From: Alphaproteobacteria bacterium
GTDB taxonomy: Bacteria > Pseudomonadota > Alphaproteobacteria > Rickettsiales > SXRF01
Direction of reading: 5' to 3'
DNA length: 64,000 bases
NCBI GenBank assembly: GCA_033763575.1
Contig: JANRKF010000006.1
Coordinates: 16,166-80,165 of the forward strand
Position 1 is the first letter of the stretch; every line of letters begins with the position of its first letter. Positions 40,862-50,431 of this stretch are shown here, one piece after another. The position numbers and the translations under genes are program-made. The notes under the pieces are model-generated. The model saw nothing but the letters and a program-made list of their open reading frames with translations. It was not told the origin of the DNA and did no database searches.

Positions 40862-42403
40862 ATGGGTGCCGCTCAAAGTATTTACGGAAGTGCCGAACTG
40901 CTGCTGATCGCAGATAGCGTGGCGCGTGAAAAAGGGCTTTCCAAAGAATCCATCTTGGAAGCGATGGAGCAGTCGATTCAGGTGGCGGGCCGCCGTAAAT
41001 ACGGCCATGAGCACGACATCCGCGCCTATATCGACCGCAAGACCGGCCAGATCGAGCTGTACCGCGTGCGTACCGTGGTGTCCGATAACGATGCGGATAA
41101 CGCCGGCGAAGATGGCGCGGAATTTGAGTTCAACGACCATACGCAGATTCGCCTGAAGCAAGCGAAGAAAATTGATAAAGATGCCAAAATCGGCAGTGAA
41201 ATCCGTGATGCGCTGCCGCCGATCGATTTTGGCCGCGTCGCCGCCCAGACCGCGAAACAAGTGGTGCTGCAAAAAGTGCGCGATGCCGAGCGCGAAAAGC
41301 AATTCGAAGAATTCAAAGACAAGATCGGCGAGATCGTATCGGGCACCGTCAAGCGTGTGGAATATGGCAATGTCATCGTCGATTTCGGCCGCACCGAAGC
41401 GATGATCCGCCGCGATGAGCTGATTCCTCGCGAAGTATTCCGCCCGAGCGACCGCATTCGCGCCTATATCGCCGATGTTCGCCGTGAGCGAGCCGGTCCG
41501 CAGATTTTCCTCTCGCGCATCCATCCGGGTTTTGTCGCCCGCCTGTTCGCGCAGGAAGTGCCGGAGATTTATGACGGCATCATCGAAGTCAAAGCCGTGG
41601 CGCGTGATCCTGGGAGCCGTGCCAAGATCGCCGTATTCTCCAACGATCCGAGCGTGAATCCTGTGCTCTCCTGCGTCGGTGTGCGCGGTAGCCGCGTGCA
41701 GGCGGTGGTCGGCGAGCTTCAGGGCGAAAAGATCGACATCGTCGAATGGTCGCCGGATTATGCGACGTTCATTGTCAACGCGCTGTCTTCGGCGGAAGTG
41801 TCGAAGGTGGTGATCGACGAAACCAAGGCCCGCGTGGAAGTGGTGGTGCCGGACGATCAATTGTCGCTTGCGATTGGCCGCCGCGGCCAGAACGTGCGCC
41901 TTGCCTCGCAGCTCACCGGCTGGAATATTGATATCCTCACCGAAGCGACCGAGTCCGAGCGCCGTGCCGAAGAATTCAAAAACCTTTCGGAACTGTTCGT
42001 CGAAGCGCTGAACGTGGAAGAAGTGATCGCGCAACTGCTTGTCACCGAAGGTTTTACCTCGGTGGAGGAAGTGGCATTTATTCCGGTGGAAGATCTTGCT
42101 GGCATCGAAGGGTTCGATGAATCGGTGGCGGAAGAGCTCCATAACCGTGCCGAAAGCTGGGTAACGGCTAAACAGGAAGAAACAGCGCGCAAGCTGACCG
42201 AGCTTGGTATGGATGCATCGCTCATCGGTTTCCAGGGGCTTGCTCCTGAATGGCTGGTGGTGCTGGGTGAAAACAAGGTGCTCACGCTCACCGATTTCGC
42301 TGATCTTGCCACCGACGAGCTGCTCGAAATCCTGCCGCAGGGCGCGCTGGACTTCGATGACGCGGGCGCACTGATTATGAAGGCACGTGAACTGGCCTAT
42401 TAA
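40862..42403 (+). CDS. nusA: transcription termination/antitermination factor NusA
   Basis: It has S1 and KH domains (GEIVSGTVKRVEYGNVIVDFG, ..LAIGRRGQNVRLASQLTGWNIDI) and C-terminal HhH repeats. The ATG at 40862 is preceded by GAAGGGA. Confidence 0.95.
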   Translation: MGAAQSIYGSAELLLIADSVAREKGLSKESILEAMEQSIQVAGRRKYGHEHDIRAYIDRKTGQIELYRVRTVVSDNDADNAGEDGAEFEFNDHTQIRLKQAKKIDKDAKIGSEIRDALPPIDFGRVAAQTAKQVVLQKVRDAEREKQFEEFKDKIGEIVSGTVKRVEYGNVIVDFGRTEAMIRRDELIPREVFRPSDRIRAYIADVRRERAGPQIFLSRIHPGFVARLFAQEVPEIYDGIIEVKAVARDPGSRAKIAVFSNDPSVNPVLSCVGVRGSRVQAVVGELQGEKIDIVEWSPDYATFIVNALSSAEVSKVVIDETKARVEVVVPDDQLSLAIGRRGQNVRLASQLTGWNIDILTEATESERRAEEFKNLSELFVEALNVEEVIAQLLVTEGFTSVEEVAFIPVEDLAGIEGFDESVAEELHNRAESWVTAKQEETARKLTELGMDASLIGFQGLAPEWLVVLGENKVLTLTDFADLATDELLEILPQGALDFDDAGALIMKARELAY

Positions 42404-42445
42404 TTACTAGTCTCACCGCAACAAAGAGAGTATAAGCAACGTCCT

Positions 42446-44950
42446 ATGACTGATGAAAGCTCGAAAAAAGACACGCTGAAGGTGGCAAACCCAGGCAAGC
42501 TGTCCCTCACCAAGACCATTGAAAGTGGCAAGGTGAAGCAGAACTTCACGCATGGGCGCTCCAAATCCGTGACGGTGGAAGTCAAGCGCACGCGCACCTT
42601 CCAGCAGGGCTCTGCGGGTATGGTCGAGGTGAAGCCTGCTTTCACGCCGCCCGGACACCCGTCTTCCCCGATGCATGCCGCCGGTGACCGCCATCTGACG
42701 CAGGATGAGCAGCAAGCGCGCCTGAAGGCGCTCAAAACTGCCGAGGAGAATTTCCGGCAGGCTCCGCCGCCGGTTCCGCGTCGTGCGGATGTAGCGTCTG
42801 ATGATGCGGCGCCGGAAGCGGCAGAAACCGCTGCGGATGAGCGTCCGGAGGCCTCCTCCGGTATTGTGCGCCCGAAAAAGCCGATCGGCGTGGAGGCCGC
42901 TCGCGATAAAACCAATGTCAACCTGGCCGCGCCGCTGGTGGCCAACCCGAACAAACCGGCCCGCACGCTTACCACTCCTGCGGATGAACCGGAAGATCGC
43001 AGTGACAAATCAGGCAAAGGCGGAAAACTGAAATTACGCAGCGGCGATGAACGCCGTGCTGGCGGTAAAATCACCGTGGTGCAGGCGCTTTCCAATATCG
43101 AAGACAGCCGCGTGCGTTCGCTCGCCTCCATGCGCCGCCAGCGCGAAAAGGCGATGAAAAAAGCCATGGGCGTGCAGACGCCGACGGAAAAAGTCATCCG
43201 CGATGTGGTGATTCCGGAAGCGATCACCGTGCAGGAGCTGGCCAACCGTATGGCCGAGCGTGCGGTGGATGTCATCCGCACCCTCATGAAACTGGGCGTG
43301 ATGGCGACGGCCAACCAGTCGATCGATGCCGATACCGCCGAGTTGGTGGTCGGCGAGTTCGGCCATAAATTCAAGCGCGTCACCGAAGGCGATGTCGAAA
43401 ATATCATCCAGGACGATGCGGTGGAGCCGGAAGGTTCGCTCCAGCCGCGCCCTCCGGTCGTCACCATCATGGGTCACGTTGACCACGGTAAAACCTCGCT
43501 GCTGGATTCTCTGCGCAAGACCGACGTGGTGGCCAAAGAGGCCGGCGGCATCACCCAGCATATCGGCGCCTATCAGGTGACGGTGGCAAGCGGCAACAAA
43601 ATCACCTTCCTCGATACGCCGGGCCACGAAGCCTTCACCGCCATGCGCGCGCGCGGCGCAAAGATTACCGACATTGTCATTCTCGTGGTCGCCGCCGATG
43701 ACGGCATCATGGCGCAGACCAAGGAAGCGATTTCCCATGCCAAGGCGGCGGGCGTGCCCATCATTGTGGCGGTCAATAAAATCGATAAGCCGGGCGCGGA
43801 TGCCAACCGGGTGAAACAGGAACTGATGCAGCATGACCTCGTGCCGGAAGAATTCGGCGGCGATGTGATGGTGGTCGAAGTCTCCGCTAAAACCGGACAG
43901 GGCCTCGACAAGCTGGTCGAAACGATTTTGCTGCAGGCCGAAGTGCTGGAGCTGAAAGCAAATCCGGATCGCGCCGCTGCCGGCGTGGTGGTGGAAGCCA
44001 AGCTTGACCAGGGCAAAGGTGTGGTCACTACGGTGCTGATGCAAAAAGGGTCGCTGAATGTCGGCGATGTGGTGGTTGCAGGCCCGGCCTACGGCAAGGT
44101 GCGTATGCTGATCGACGATAAGGGCGAGCCTCTTAAAACAGCCATCCCCGGTATGCCGGTGCAGTTGCTCGGCCTGAATATCGCCCCGGAAGCGGGCGAC
44201 AGCTTCTCGGTGGTGGAAAATGAAAAAACGGCGCGTGACATTGCGGAATACCGCGCCCGCCGCATCCGCGAACAGAACGTGGTGGCTTCGGCCCGCACGA
44301 TGGACAGCCTGTTCGGCGAGGCCGCCGGAACGAATGCGAAAGAGCTGCCGGTGATCGTGAAAGGTGACGTGCAGGGTTCGGTGGAAGCCATCGTCGGCTC
44401 GCTGGCCAAATTCACCACCGATGAGGTGACGGTGCGGGCGCTGCATTCCGGCGTGGGCGGCATCACCGAATCGGACATCACGCTGGCCAAGGCCACGGGG
44501 GCGATGATTATCGCCTTCAACGTGCGCGCCACGCCGAAAGCCAAGGAAATTGCCAGCCGCGAGCAAATCAATATCCGTTATTATTCGATCATCTATAATG
44601 TGGTCGATGATGTGAAGGCGGCGCTTTCGGGCATGCTTTCGCCGACGCTGCAGGAAAATTTCCTGGGCTACGCCGAAATCCGCGAAGTGTTCAACATCAC
44701 GAAATCGGGCAAGGTCGCAGGTTGCATGGTCACTGACGGCGTCATCAAGCGCGGCTGTAAAGTCCGCCTGCTGCGTGACAGCGTGGTGATCCACGAAGGC
44801 ACGCTGAAAACGCTGAAACGCTTCAAAGACGAAGTGAAAGAAGTGAAAAACGGCCTCGAATGCGGCATGGCCTTTGAAAATTACGAAGACATCCGCGTCG
44901 GCGACCAGATCGAATGTTTCGAGGTCGAGGAAGTGGCAAGAACAGTGTAG
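42446..44950 (+). CDS. infB: translation initiation factor IF-2
   Basis: 834 aa with the G domain ([27 protein letters not shown]) and a conserved C-terminal domain. Confidence 0.97.
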   Translation: MTDESSKKDTLKVANPGKLSLTKTIESGKVKQNFTHGRSKSVTVEVKRTRTFQQGSAGMVEVKPAFTPPGHPSSPMHAAGDRHLTQDEQQARLKALKTAEENFRQAPPPVPRRADVASDDAAPEAAETAADERPEASSGIVRPKKPIGVEAARDKTNVNLAAPLVANPNKPARTLTTPADEPEDRSDKSGKGGKLKLRSGDERRAGGKITVVQALSNIEDSRVRSLASMRRQREKAMKKAMGVQTPTEKVIRDVVIPEAITVQELANRMAERAVDVIRTLMKLGVMATANQSIDADTAELVVGEFGHKFKRVTEGDVENIIQDDAVEPEGSLQPRPPVVTIMGHVDHGKTSLLDSLRKTDVVAKEAGGITQHIGAYQVTVASGNKITFLDTPGHEAFTAMRARGAKITDIVILVVAADDGIMAQTKEAISHAKAAGVPIIVAVNKIDKPGADANRVKQELMQHDLVPEEFGGDVMVVEVSAKTGQGLDKLVETILLQAEVLELKANPDRAAAGVVVEAKLDQGKGVVTTVLMQKGSLNVGDVVVAGPAYGKVRMLIDDKGEPLKTAIPGMPVQLLGLNIAPEAGDSFSVVENEKTARDIAEYRARRIREQNVVASARTMDSLFGEAAGTNAKELPVIVKGDVQGSVEAIVGSLAKFTTDEVTVRALHSGVGGITESDITLAKATGAMIIAFNVRATPKAKEIASREQINIRYYSIIYNVVDDVKAALSGMLSPTLQENFLGYAEIREVFNITKSGKVAGCMVTDGVIKRGCKVRLLRDSVVIHEGTLKTLKRFKDEVKEVKNGLECGMAFENYEDIRVGDQIECFEVEEVARTV

Positions 44951-45012
44951 TCGTTGGTCGCCAGTCTTTGGTCTCGGGGGACTAAAGACAAAAGACCAGA
45001 GACCAGGGACTA
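44951..45012. repeat. GGTCT-word hairpin element in the infB-rbfA spacer
   Basis: TCGTTGGTCGCCAGTCTTTGGTCTCGGGGGACTAAAGACAAAAGACCAGAGACCAGGGAC uses the same words (GGTCTTTGGTCT, ACTAAAGAC) as the groES-groEL spacer. Confidence 0.65.
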
Positions 45013-45016
45013 TTTT

Positions 45017-45421
45017 ATGGCAAAACTACACGATTTATTTTCACAAAAAGGCTCGGCAGGACAGCGTCCGAAGCGGGTGGGCGAGGAAATCCGCCGGAGT
45101 CTTGCGGATATTTTCCTGCGCGGCGAGTGCAACTTTCCCGATTTGCTGGGCCATTCCATTACCGTATCGGAAGTGCGGGTGGCGCCCGATATGAAAAACG
45201 CCACGGCGTTCGTCATGCCGCTGGCCGGGAATAACAAAAAAGAATTGCTCGATGCCCTGAAAATCGCCGCGCCCGAACTGCGCTATCTTGTTTCCAAAAA
45301 GATGCAGCTGCGCTATATGCCACGCATCCATTTCGCCCTCGACGAATCCTTTGAAGTGGCCGAAAAGATCGACCTCCTGCTCAAAAAGCCGGAAGTGGCC
45401 AAAGACCTCGAACCCAAATAA
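45017..45421 (+). CDS. rbfA: ribosome-binding factor A
   Basis: Starts at the ATG at 45017. Contains RPKRVGEEIRRSLADIF, ITVSEVRVAPDMKNATAFV and PRIHF.LDES. Confidence 0.9.
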   Translation: MAKLHDLFSQKGSAGQRPKRVGEEIRRSLADIFLRGECNFPDLLGHSITVSEVRVAPDMKNATAFVMPLAGNNKKELLDALKIAAPELRYLVSKKMQLRYMPRIHFALDESFEVAEKIDLLLKKPEVAKDLEPK

Positions 45422-46368
45422 TGCACGGCTTCATCAACCTCAACAAGCCGCTCGGCCTGTCCTCGGCGCAGGCTGTGGAACGGGTGAAGAAAATACTTCG
45501 TTCGTCATTGCGAGCCGAAGGCGAAGCAATCCAGCCTGGATTGCCGCGTCGCTCCGCTCCTCGCAATGACATAAAGATAGGCCATGCCGGAACGCTTGAC
45601 CCACTGGCTTCCGGGGTGCTGGTGCTGGCGCTGGGCGAGGCGACCAAGCTGGTGAACTACGCCCAGGATGCTCAGAAAGCCTATGAATTTACAGCCACAT
45701 GGGGCGAGGCGCGTGATACCGACGATGCCGAGGGAGCGGTCGTCGCGACCTCCGATAAACGCCCGGCGCAAGCGGAAATAGAAGCGATCCTGCCGCAATT
45801 CACCGGGGAAATCATGCAGGCTCCCCCGGCCTTTTCCGCGATCAAAATGGGCGGGAAACGGGCCTATGCCATGGCGCGGGCGGGCGAGGCGCCAGAAATG
45901 CAGGCGCGGCCGGTGCGGGTAGACAGGTTGCAGGTGACAGGTGACAGGGGGCAGAAAGATTCCCATGCCACCTCATTCTTCATAGAATGCGGCAAAGGCA
46001 CCTATATCCGGTCACTGGCACGCGATATGGGGCAGCAATTGGGGGTTTACGGCTATGTTTCCATGCTGCGGCGGGTGGGGGTAGGAAAATTCGGTATTTC
46101 CGATGCGATTTCGCTGGATAAACTGGAAGAAATGGTGCATAAGGGCGACCTCGGTTTTTTAAAGCCGCCTCAGTGGGTGCTGGACGACATCTTGGCATTC
46201 ACGCTGAACGAGGCGGAAGCGGGCATGCTGAAGCGTGGCCAGGCGATTGAGAAACACCCTGCTCTTGCAAGCGATCAGATTGTCGCCTGTGTGCTCGGGG
46301 GCACGCTCATTGCCGTCGGTCGCACAGATGCGCGCTTTCTGAAGCCGGAGAGAGTGTTTAATTTATAA
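45421..46368 (+). CDS. truB: tRNA pseudouridine-55 synthase TruB, carrying an in-frame repeat insertion
   Basis: GFINLNKPLGLSS, then a 25-aa insert, then GHAGTLDPLASGVL.LALGEATKL, PPAFSAIK and CGKGTYIRSLARD. Confidence 0.92.
   Translation: MHGFINLNKPLGLSSAQAVERVKKILRSSLRAEGEAIQPGLPRRSAPRNDIKIGHAGTLDPLASGVLVLALGEATKLVNYAQDAQKAYEFTATWGEARDTDDAEGAVVATSDKRPAQAEIEAILPQFTGEIMQAPPAFSAIKMGGKRAYAMARAGEAPEMQARPVRVDRLQVTGDRGQKDSHATSFFIECGKGTYIRSLARDMGQQLGVYGYVSMLRRVGVGKFGISDAISLDKLEEMVHKGDLGFLKPPQWVLDDILAFTLNEAEAGMLKRGQAIEKHPALASDQIVACVLGGTLIAVGRTDARFLKPERVFNL
45499..45573. repeat. nested palindromic element, GTCATTGCGAG type (copy A2), in frame inside truB
   Basis: CGTTCGTCATTGCGAGCCGAAGGCGAAGCAATCCAGCCTGGATTGCCGCGTCGCTCCGCTCCTCGCAATGACATA encodes RSSLRAEGEAIQPGLPRRSAPRNDI. 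Confidence 0.85.
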
Positions 46369-46387
46369 CCTATAAGGAGAAGCTACG

Positions 46388-46678
46388 ATGTCGAATAAAG
46401 CGAAACAAGCCAGCATTGCTGGCGTTGCAAAACAAGATATTATCAAGGAATACGCCACCAAGGAAGGCGATTCCGGTTCACCGGAAGTGCAGGTGGCGTT
46501 GCTCACTGGCCGCATCAACCACCTGACCGAGCATTTCGGCACCCATAAGAAAGACCACCACTCGCGTCGTGGCCTGTTGATTATGGTTGGCCGCCGCCGC
46601 CGTCTGCTGGATTATCTGAAAAGCAAAGATACCGGCCGTTATGAGAACCTGATTAAGAAATTGGGCATCAGGAAATAG
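46388..46678 (+). CDS. rpsO: 30S ribosomal protein S15
   Basis: [46 protein letters not shown] is a canonical S15 sequence. Confidence 0.95.
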   Translation: MSNKAKQASIAGVAKQDIIKEYATKEGDSGSPEVQVALLTGRINHLTEHFGTHKKDHHSRRGLLIMVGRRRRLLDYLKSKDTGRYENLIKKLGIRK

Positions 46679-46683
46679 CTACA

Positions 46684-46768
46684 AGGGGCTAGGTTCTAGG
46701 GGCTAGGTGCTAGTAAAGCGGCGTTAAAATGCCTTTTTACTAGACCCTAGAGCCAAGCGCCTAGCGCC
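46684..46768. repeat. CTAGG-word long imperfect hairpin in the rpsO-pnp spacer (rpsO terminator and/or pnp leader)
   Basis: AGGGGCTAGGTTCTAGGGGCTAGGTGCTAGTAAA ... TTTACTAGACCCTAGAGCCAAGCGCCTAGCGCCT. About 25 of 34 arm positions are complementary. Confidence 0.65.
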
Positions 46769-46796
46769 TTTCATCAACACGAAAGGAAATAGAAGA

Positions 46797-48932
46797 ATGT
46801 TTAATATCACCAAAAAATCAATCGAATGGGCGGGTAAAACCTTGACGCTGGAAACCGGGCGCATTGCGCGTCAGGCCGACGGTGCGGTACTCGCCACCTA
46901 TGGTAATACGTCGGTGCTGTGTACCGTGGTCGGTGCAAAAGCGGCGAAGCCGGATGTGGATTTCTTCCCGCTCACCGTGCATTACCAGGAAAAAGCATTC
47001 GCAGCCGGCAAAATCCCCGGCGGTTTTTTCAAGCGCGAAGGCAAGCCGAGCGAGAAGGAAGTGCTCACTTCCCGCCTGATCGACCGGCCGATTCGCCCGC
47101 TCTTTCCGGATGGCTTCTATAACGAAGTGCAGGTGGTGTGCACCCTGCTTTCGCACGATCTTGAAAATGATGCCGATATTGTCGCCCTGGTTGGCGCGTC
47201 GGCGGCGCTTACCCTTTCCGGCATCCCGTTCATGGGGCCGATCGGTGCGGCGCGTGTGGGCTATATCGATGGCCAGTATGTCATCAACCCGATGAAGTCC
47301 GAACTCGAAGGCAGCGCGCTCGATCTCGTCGTTGCCGCGACCGCCCGCTCGGTGATGATGGTGGAATCGGAAGCGAAAGAACTTTCGGAAGAAGTGATGC
47401 TGGGCGCGGTAGTAGCCGGTCACAAAGCCATGCAGCCGGTCATCGCGATGATTATCGAACTGGCGGAACAAGCTGCCAAGGATCCGTGGGACTTCCAATA
47501 CAGCGTTAACGATGAGCTGATGAACCGCGTGATGTTCCTTGCGGAAGCAGGGCTGGTCGAGGCTTACAAGCTCACGGTGAAACAGGAGCGCTCGAACAAG
47601 CTCGATGAAGTGAAGAAACACGCGAAACATACGCTGGTTGAAGAAGGTTTCGATGAGAAAACCGTCGGCAATTACCTGAAGAAAATCGAGCAGGACATTG
47701 TGCGCGGCGAGCTGGTGAAAACCAAAAAACGTATCGATGGCCGTGGCCCGGAAAATATCCGCCAAATTGATTGCCAGGTCGGCGTGCTGCCGATGGTGCA
47801 CGGTTCGGCCCTGTTCACCCGCGGTGAAACGCAGGCGATCGTGGTCGCCACGCTCGGCACCGGACAGGATGAGCAGCGTATCGATGCCATCGACGGCGAA
47901 TACACCGAAAACTTCATGCTTCACTATAACTTCCCGCCATACTCGGTTGGTGAAACAGGCAGAATGTCTGGTCCCGGCCGCCGCGAAATCGGCCACGGCA
48001 AGCTGGCATGGCGCGCTATTCACCCGATGCTGCCGGGCAAGGAAGAGTTCCCCTACACGCTGCGTTGCGTATCGGAAATCACCGAATCCAACGGCTCGTC
48101 CTCGATGGCGACTGTGTGCGGCGGGTCGCTTGCGATGATGGATGCGGGCGTGCCGCTGAAACGTCCGGTGGCGGGTATCGCCATGGGCCTCATCAAGGAA
48201 AAAGACAGCTTCGTGGTGCTTTCGGATATTCTGGGCGACGAAGATCACTTAGGCGATATGGATTTCAAAGTGGCCGGTACCGACGAAGGTATCACCGCGC
48301 TGCAAATGGACATTAAGATCGACGGCATCACCGAAGAAATCATGCAGATTGCCCTGAAACAGGCGCATGCCGGGCGCAAGCACATCCTCGGTGAAATGAA
48401 CAAAGCGATGACCGCGCCGCGTGAATCGGTCGGCGCCACCGCGCCGCGTATCACCACGCTGCAGATTCCGAAGGAAAAAATCCGCGATGTGATCGGTTCC
48501 GGCGGTAAAGTGATTCGCGAAATCTGCGAAGTCACCGGCGCTAAAATCGATATCGACGATGACGGGCTGGTGAAAATCGCTGCCGTCAATGCCGAAGCGG
48601 GCCAGAAAGCCTATGACTGGGTGTACGGTATCGTCGCCGAGGCGGAAGTGGGCAGAATCTACAGCGGCAAAGTGGCTAAAATCGTCGATTTCGGCGCATT
48701 CGTCACCTTCATGCCGAGCAAAGATGGGCTGGTGCATATCTCCGAGCTCGCCGATTACCGCGTCGCCAAAACCGATGATGTGGTGGCCGAAGGCCAGGAA
48801 GTGAAAGTCAAAGTACTGGAAATCGATGGCCGCAGCGGCAAGGTTCGCCTGTCCATGCGTGTGGTCGACCAGGAAACCGGCGAAGACATCTCCGAGAAGA
48901 TCGCTGCCAAGAAAAAAGAAGCGAACGGTTGA
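46797..48932 (+). CDS. pnp: polyribonucleotide nucleotidyltransferase (PNPase)
   Basis: 711 aa with two RNase PH domains, a KH domain ([10 protein letters not shown]) and an S1 domain ([18 protein letters not shown]). Confidence 0.97.
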   Translation: MFNITKKSIEWAGKTLTLETGRIARQADGAVLATYGNTSVLCTVVGAKAAKPDVDFFPLTVHYQEKAFAAGKIPGGFFKREGKPSEKEVLTSRLIDRPIRPLFPDGFYNEVQVVCTLLSHDLENDADIVALVGASAALTLSGIPFMGPIGAARVGYIDGQYVINPMKSELEGSALDLVVAATARSVMMVESEAKELSEEVMLGAVVAGHKAMQPVIAMIIELAEQAAKDPWDFQYSVNDELMNRVMFLAEAGLVEAYKLTVKQERSNKLDEVKKHAKHTLVEEGFDEKTVGNYLKKIEQDIVRGELVKTKKRIDGRGPENIRQIDCQVGVLPMVHGSALFTRGETQAIVVATLGTGQDEQRIDAIDGEYTENFMLHYNFPPYSVGETGRMSGPGRREIGHGKLAWRAIHPMLPGKEEFPYTLRCVSEITESNGSSSMATVCGGSLAMMDAGVPLKRPVAGIAMGLIKEKDSFVVLSDILGDEDHLGDMDFKVAGTDEGITALQMDIKIDGITEEIMQIALKQAHAGRKHILGEMNKAMTAPRESVGATAPRITTLQIPKEKIRDVIGSGGKVIREICEVTGAKIDIDDDGLVKIAAVNAEAGQKAYDWVYGIVAEAEVGRIYSGKVAKIVDFGAFVTFMPSKDGLVHISELADYRVAKTDDVVAEGQEVKVKVLEIDGRSGKVRLSMRVVDQETGEDISEKIAAKKKEANG

Positions 48933-49021
48933 TTTTTAAGCTGCGCCCGTGGCCGCTACTGCGGCCACATGGCGCGAAGCTCAGGGCTGGCTCATGCTAC
49001 TGCATTCGCATAACGTTATCG
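48933..49021. repeat. D-type dispersed repeat (copy D2) downstream of pnp
   Basis: TTTTAAGCTGCGCCCGTGGCCGCTACTGCGGCCACATGGCGCGAAGCTCAGGGCTGGCTCATGCTACTGCATTCGCATAACGTTATCG. Confidence 0.75.
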
Positions 49022-49080
49022 TTGAGACAATCCGTAGGATTAGCTCTGCTCAGTGAGGAAATCGCGGGGGCTTAAGTATA

Positions 49081-49115
49081 AAAAAAGGGGCACCGCGAGG
49101 CGCCCCTTATTTTTA
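49081..49115. terminator. bidirectional rho-independent terminator between pnp and the H1-like gene
   Basis: AAAAAA-GGGGCACC-GCGA-GGCGCCCC-TTATTTTT. Confidence 0.7.
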
Positions 49116-49150
49116 AGTCAATGGGAGTTTGACCTTTGTTTCCAATCCAA

Positions 49151-49342
49151 TTAGAGGCGGATCGGGGTAACTTTTTTAGCAGCTGAAGTTTTCAGCAGGC
49201 TGATGCCAACTTTTTTCTTCGCGGCTGGTTTTTTAGCAGCTGGTTTTTTAGCAGCTTTTTTCACTGTTTTTTTAACAGCTTTTTTAGCGGCTGGTTTTTT
49301 AGCAGCTTTTTTAGCAGCTGGTTTTTTTGCTTTCTTTAACAT
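49151..49342 (-). CDS. histone H1-like Lys/Ala-repeat basic protein
   Basis: MLKKAKKPAAKKAAKKPAAKKAVKKTVKKAAKKPAAKKPAAKKK.. The ATG at 49342 is preceded by GGAG. The DNA consists of tandem GCAGCTGGTTTTTTA-type units. Confidence 0.6.
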   Translation of the reverse strand: MLKKAKKPAAKKAAKKPAAKKAVKKTVKKAAKKPAAKKPAAKKKVGISLLKTSAAKKVTPIRL

Positions 49343-49712
49343 AGAGAACTCCATTTTGGTTAGATTGATACCCGTTCACACCGTGTTCCCGGGTAGCGAA
49401 TACAGTTTTCCGCCAAAAGTATAAATTTTCTGTTAACGCCAAAGGCAATATCAGGAAGTTTTGCAGCCTTAGTAAAACTATGCACAGCCATTCATTCCGG
49501 GTTCGTAATGAATTGATTCTTCATAAAACGGTCACTCACTCTTAATTATATCGTTACGTGCATGTTATGATTTTTTAAAAACCTGCTCTGAAATCGCTGG
49601 CAATAGCAAAAATATTTTTCTTATTTTTCATTCCGACTGTGATATAAAAAACACAATAGTGTTCATGATAATCATCCTGTAAAATAAAAAACGAACCTGG
49701 AAATCGTTTCTC

Positions 49713-50369
49713 ATGCAGCCCATTTCATTCCGCTTCCGGATTATTTTTGTTCTTACCTGCGTTGTATGTTTTGCTGTGGCGGAACGTGCGGATGCCGGCG
49801 TTTCCTATTTTGATATGAGTGAGGATATCAGCAGCAACTTAAAGCCGTTCCCGAAATGGACCAGCGTGATGAGCCGCTATCGCGGCCAGCAGAAAACTCC
49901 TGATAGCGAGTGCGGGAAGACGGCCTTCCATCCATGTGTGATACCGCAGTGGAAATCGCTGGTGGCGGGCCTGCGCGATGAATCGATGGAAAATAAACTT
50001 GAGGCGATCAACGACTGGGCGAACGCGCATCCTTATATTGTCGATCAACTGAATTGGGGCTTGAACGATTACTGGTCGACACCCTACGAGTTCATGGAAG
50101 TCAACGGCGATTGCGAGGATTACGCCATTGCCAAATATTATTCGCTGCGCGCTGCCGGTGTGCCGGAAGACCGCCTGCGCATCATGGTCGTGCAGGACCT
50201 GAACCTAGGCGGCATCATCCACGCCATCCTCGGCGTCTATGACGATGACAAGCTGTGGATTCTCGATAACCAGATCAAGCAGGTGGTCGATGCCTATAGT
50301 ATTTATCACTACCGTCCTATTTATGGCGCCAACGGACAGCATTGGTGGCGCTACTATCCCAAAAATTAG
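49713..50369 (+). CDS. periplasmic transglutaminase-like cysteine protease (BTLCP / LapG family)
   Basis: 218 aa with a signal peptide (..AERADA) and the Cys-His-Asp triad context (GDCEDYAIAKYYSL, GIIHAILGVY, WILDNQ) typical of PF06035. Confidence 0.8.
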   Translation: MQPISFRFRIIFVLTCVVCFAVAERADAGVSYFDMSEDISSNLKPFPKWTSVMSRYRGQQKTPDSECGKTAFHPCVIPQWKSLVAGLRDESMENKLEAINDWANAHPYIVDQLNWGLNDYWSTPYEFMEVNGDCEDYAIAKYYSLRAAGVPEDRLRIMVVQDLNLGGIIHAILGVYDDDKLWILDNQIKQVVDAYSIYHYRPIYGANGQHWWRYYPKN

Positions 50370-50431
50370 CTATGAAAACCGGCTGATATCACTATAATCG
50401 CCGCTTCTTATCGAATTCCCAACGACAACGC

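Noticed and set aside
45421-45647. Track ORFs translated from repeat elements. Examples: 45381-45647 minus, 55362-55811 plus, 13527-13841 minus, 57881-58114 plus and 58184-58687 plus.
   Set aside because: - They run through palindromic repeats and read in both directions because of the symmetry.
- Peptides of the SLRGAKRRSNP / LPRRFAPRND type are characteristic repeat translations, not genes.
49195-49335. Regularly spaced short repeats that might suggest a CRISPR array or minisatellite.
   Set aside because: - The units are contiguous, with no spacers.
- They are about 15-18 nt long and lie inside a well-formed ORF encoding AAKKP repeats.
- No cas genes are nearby.
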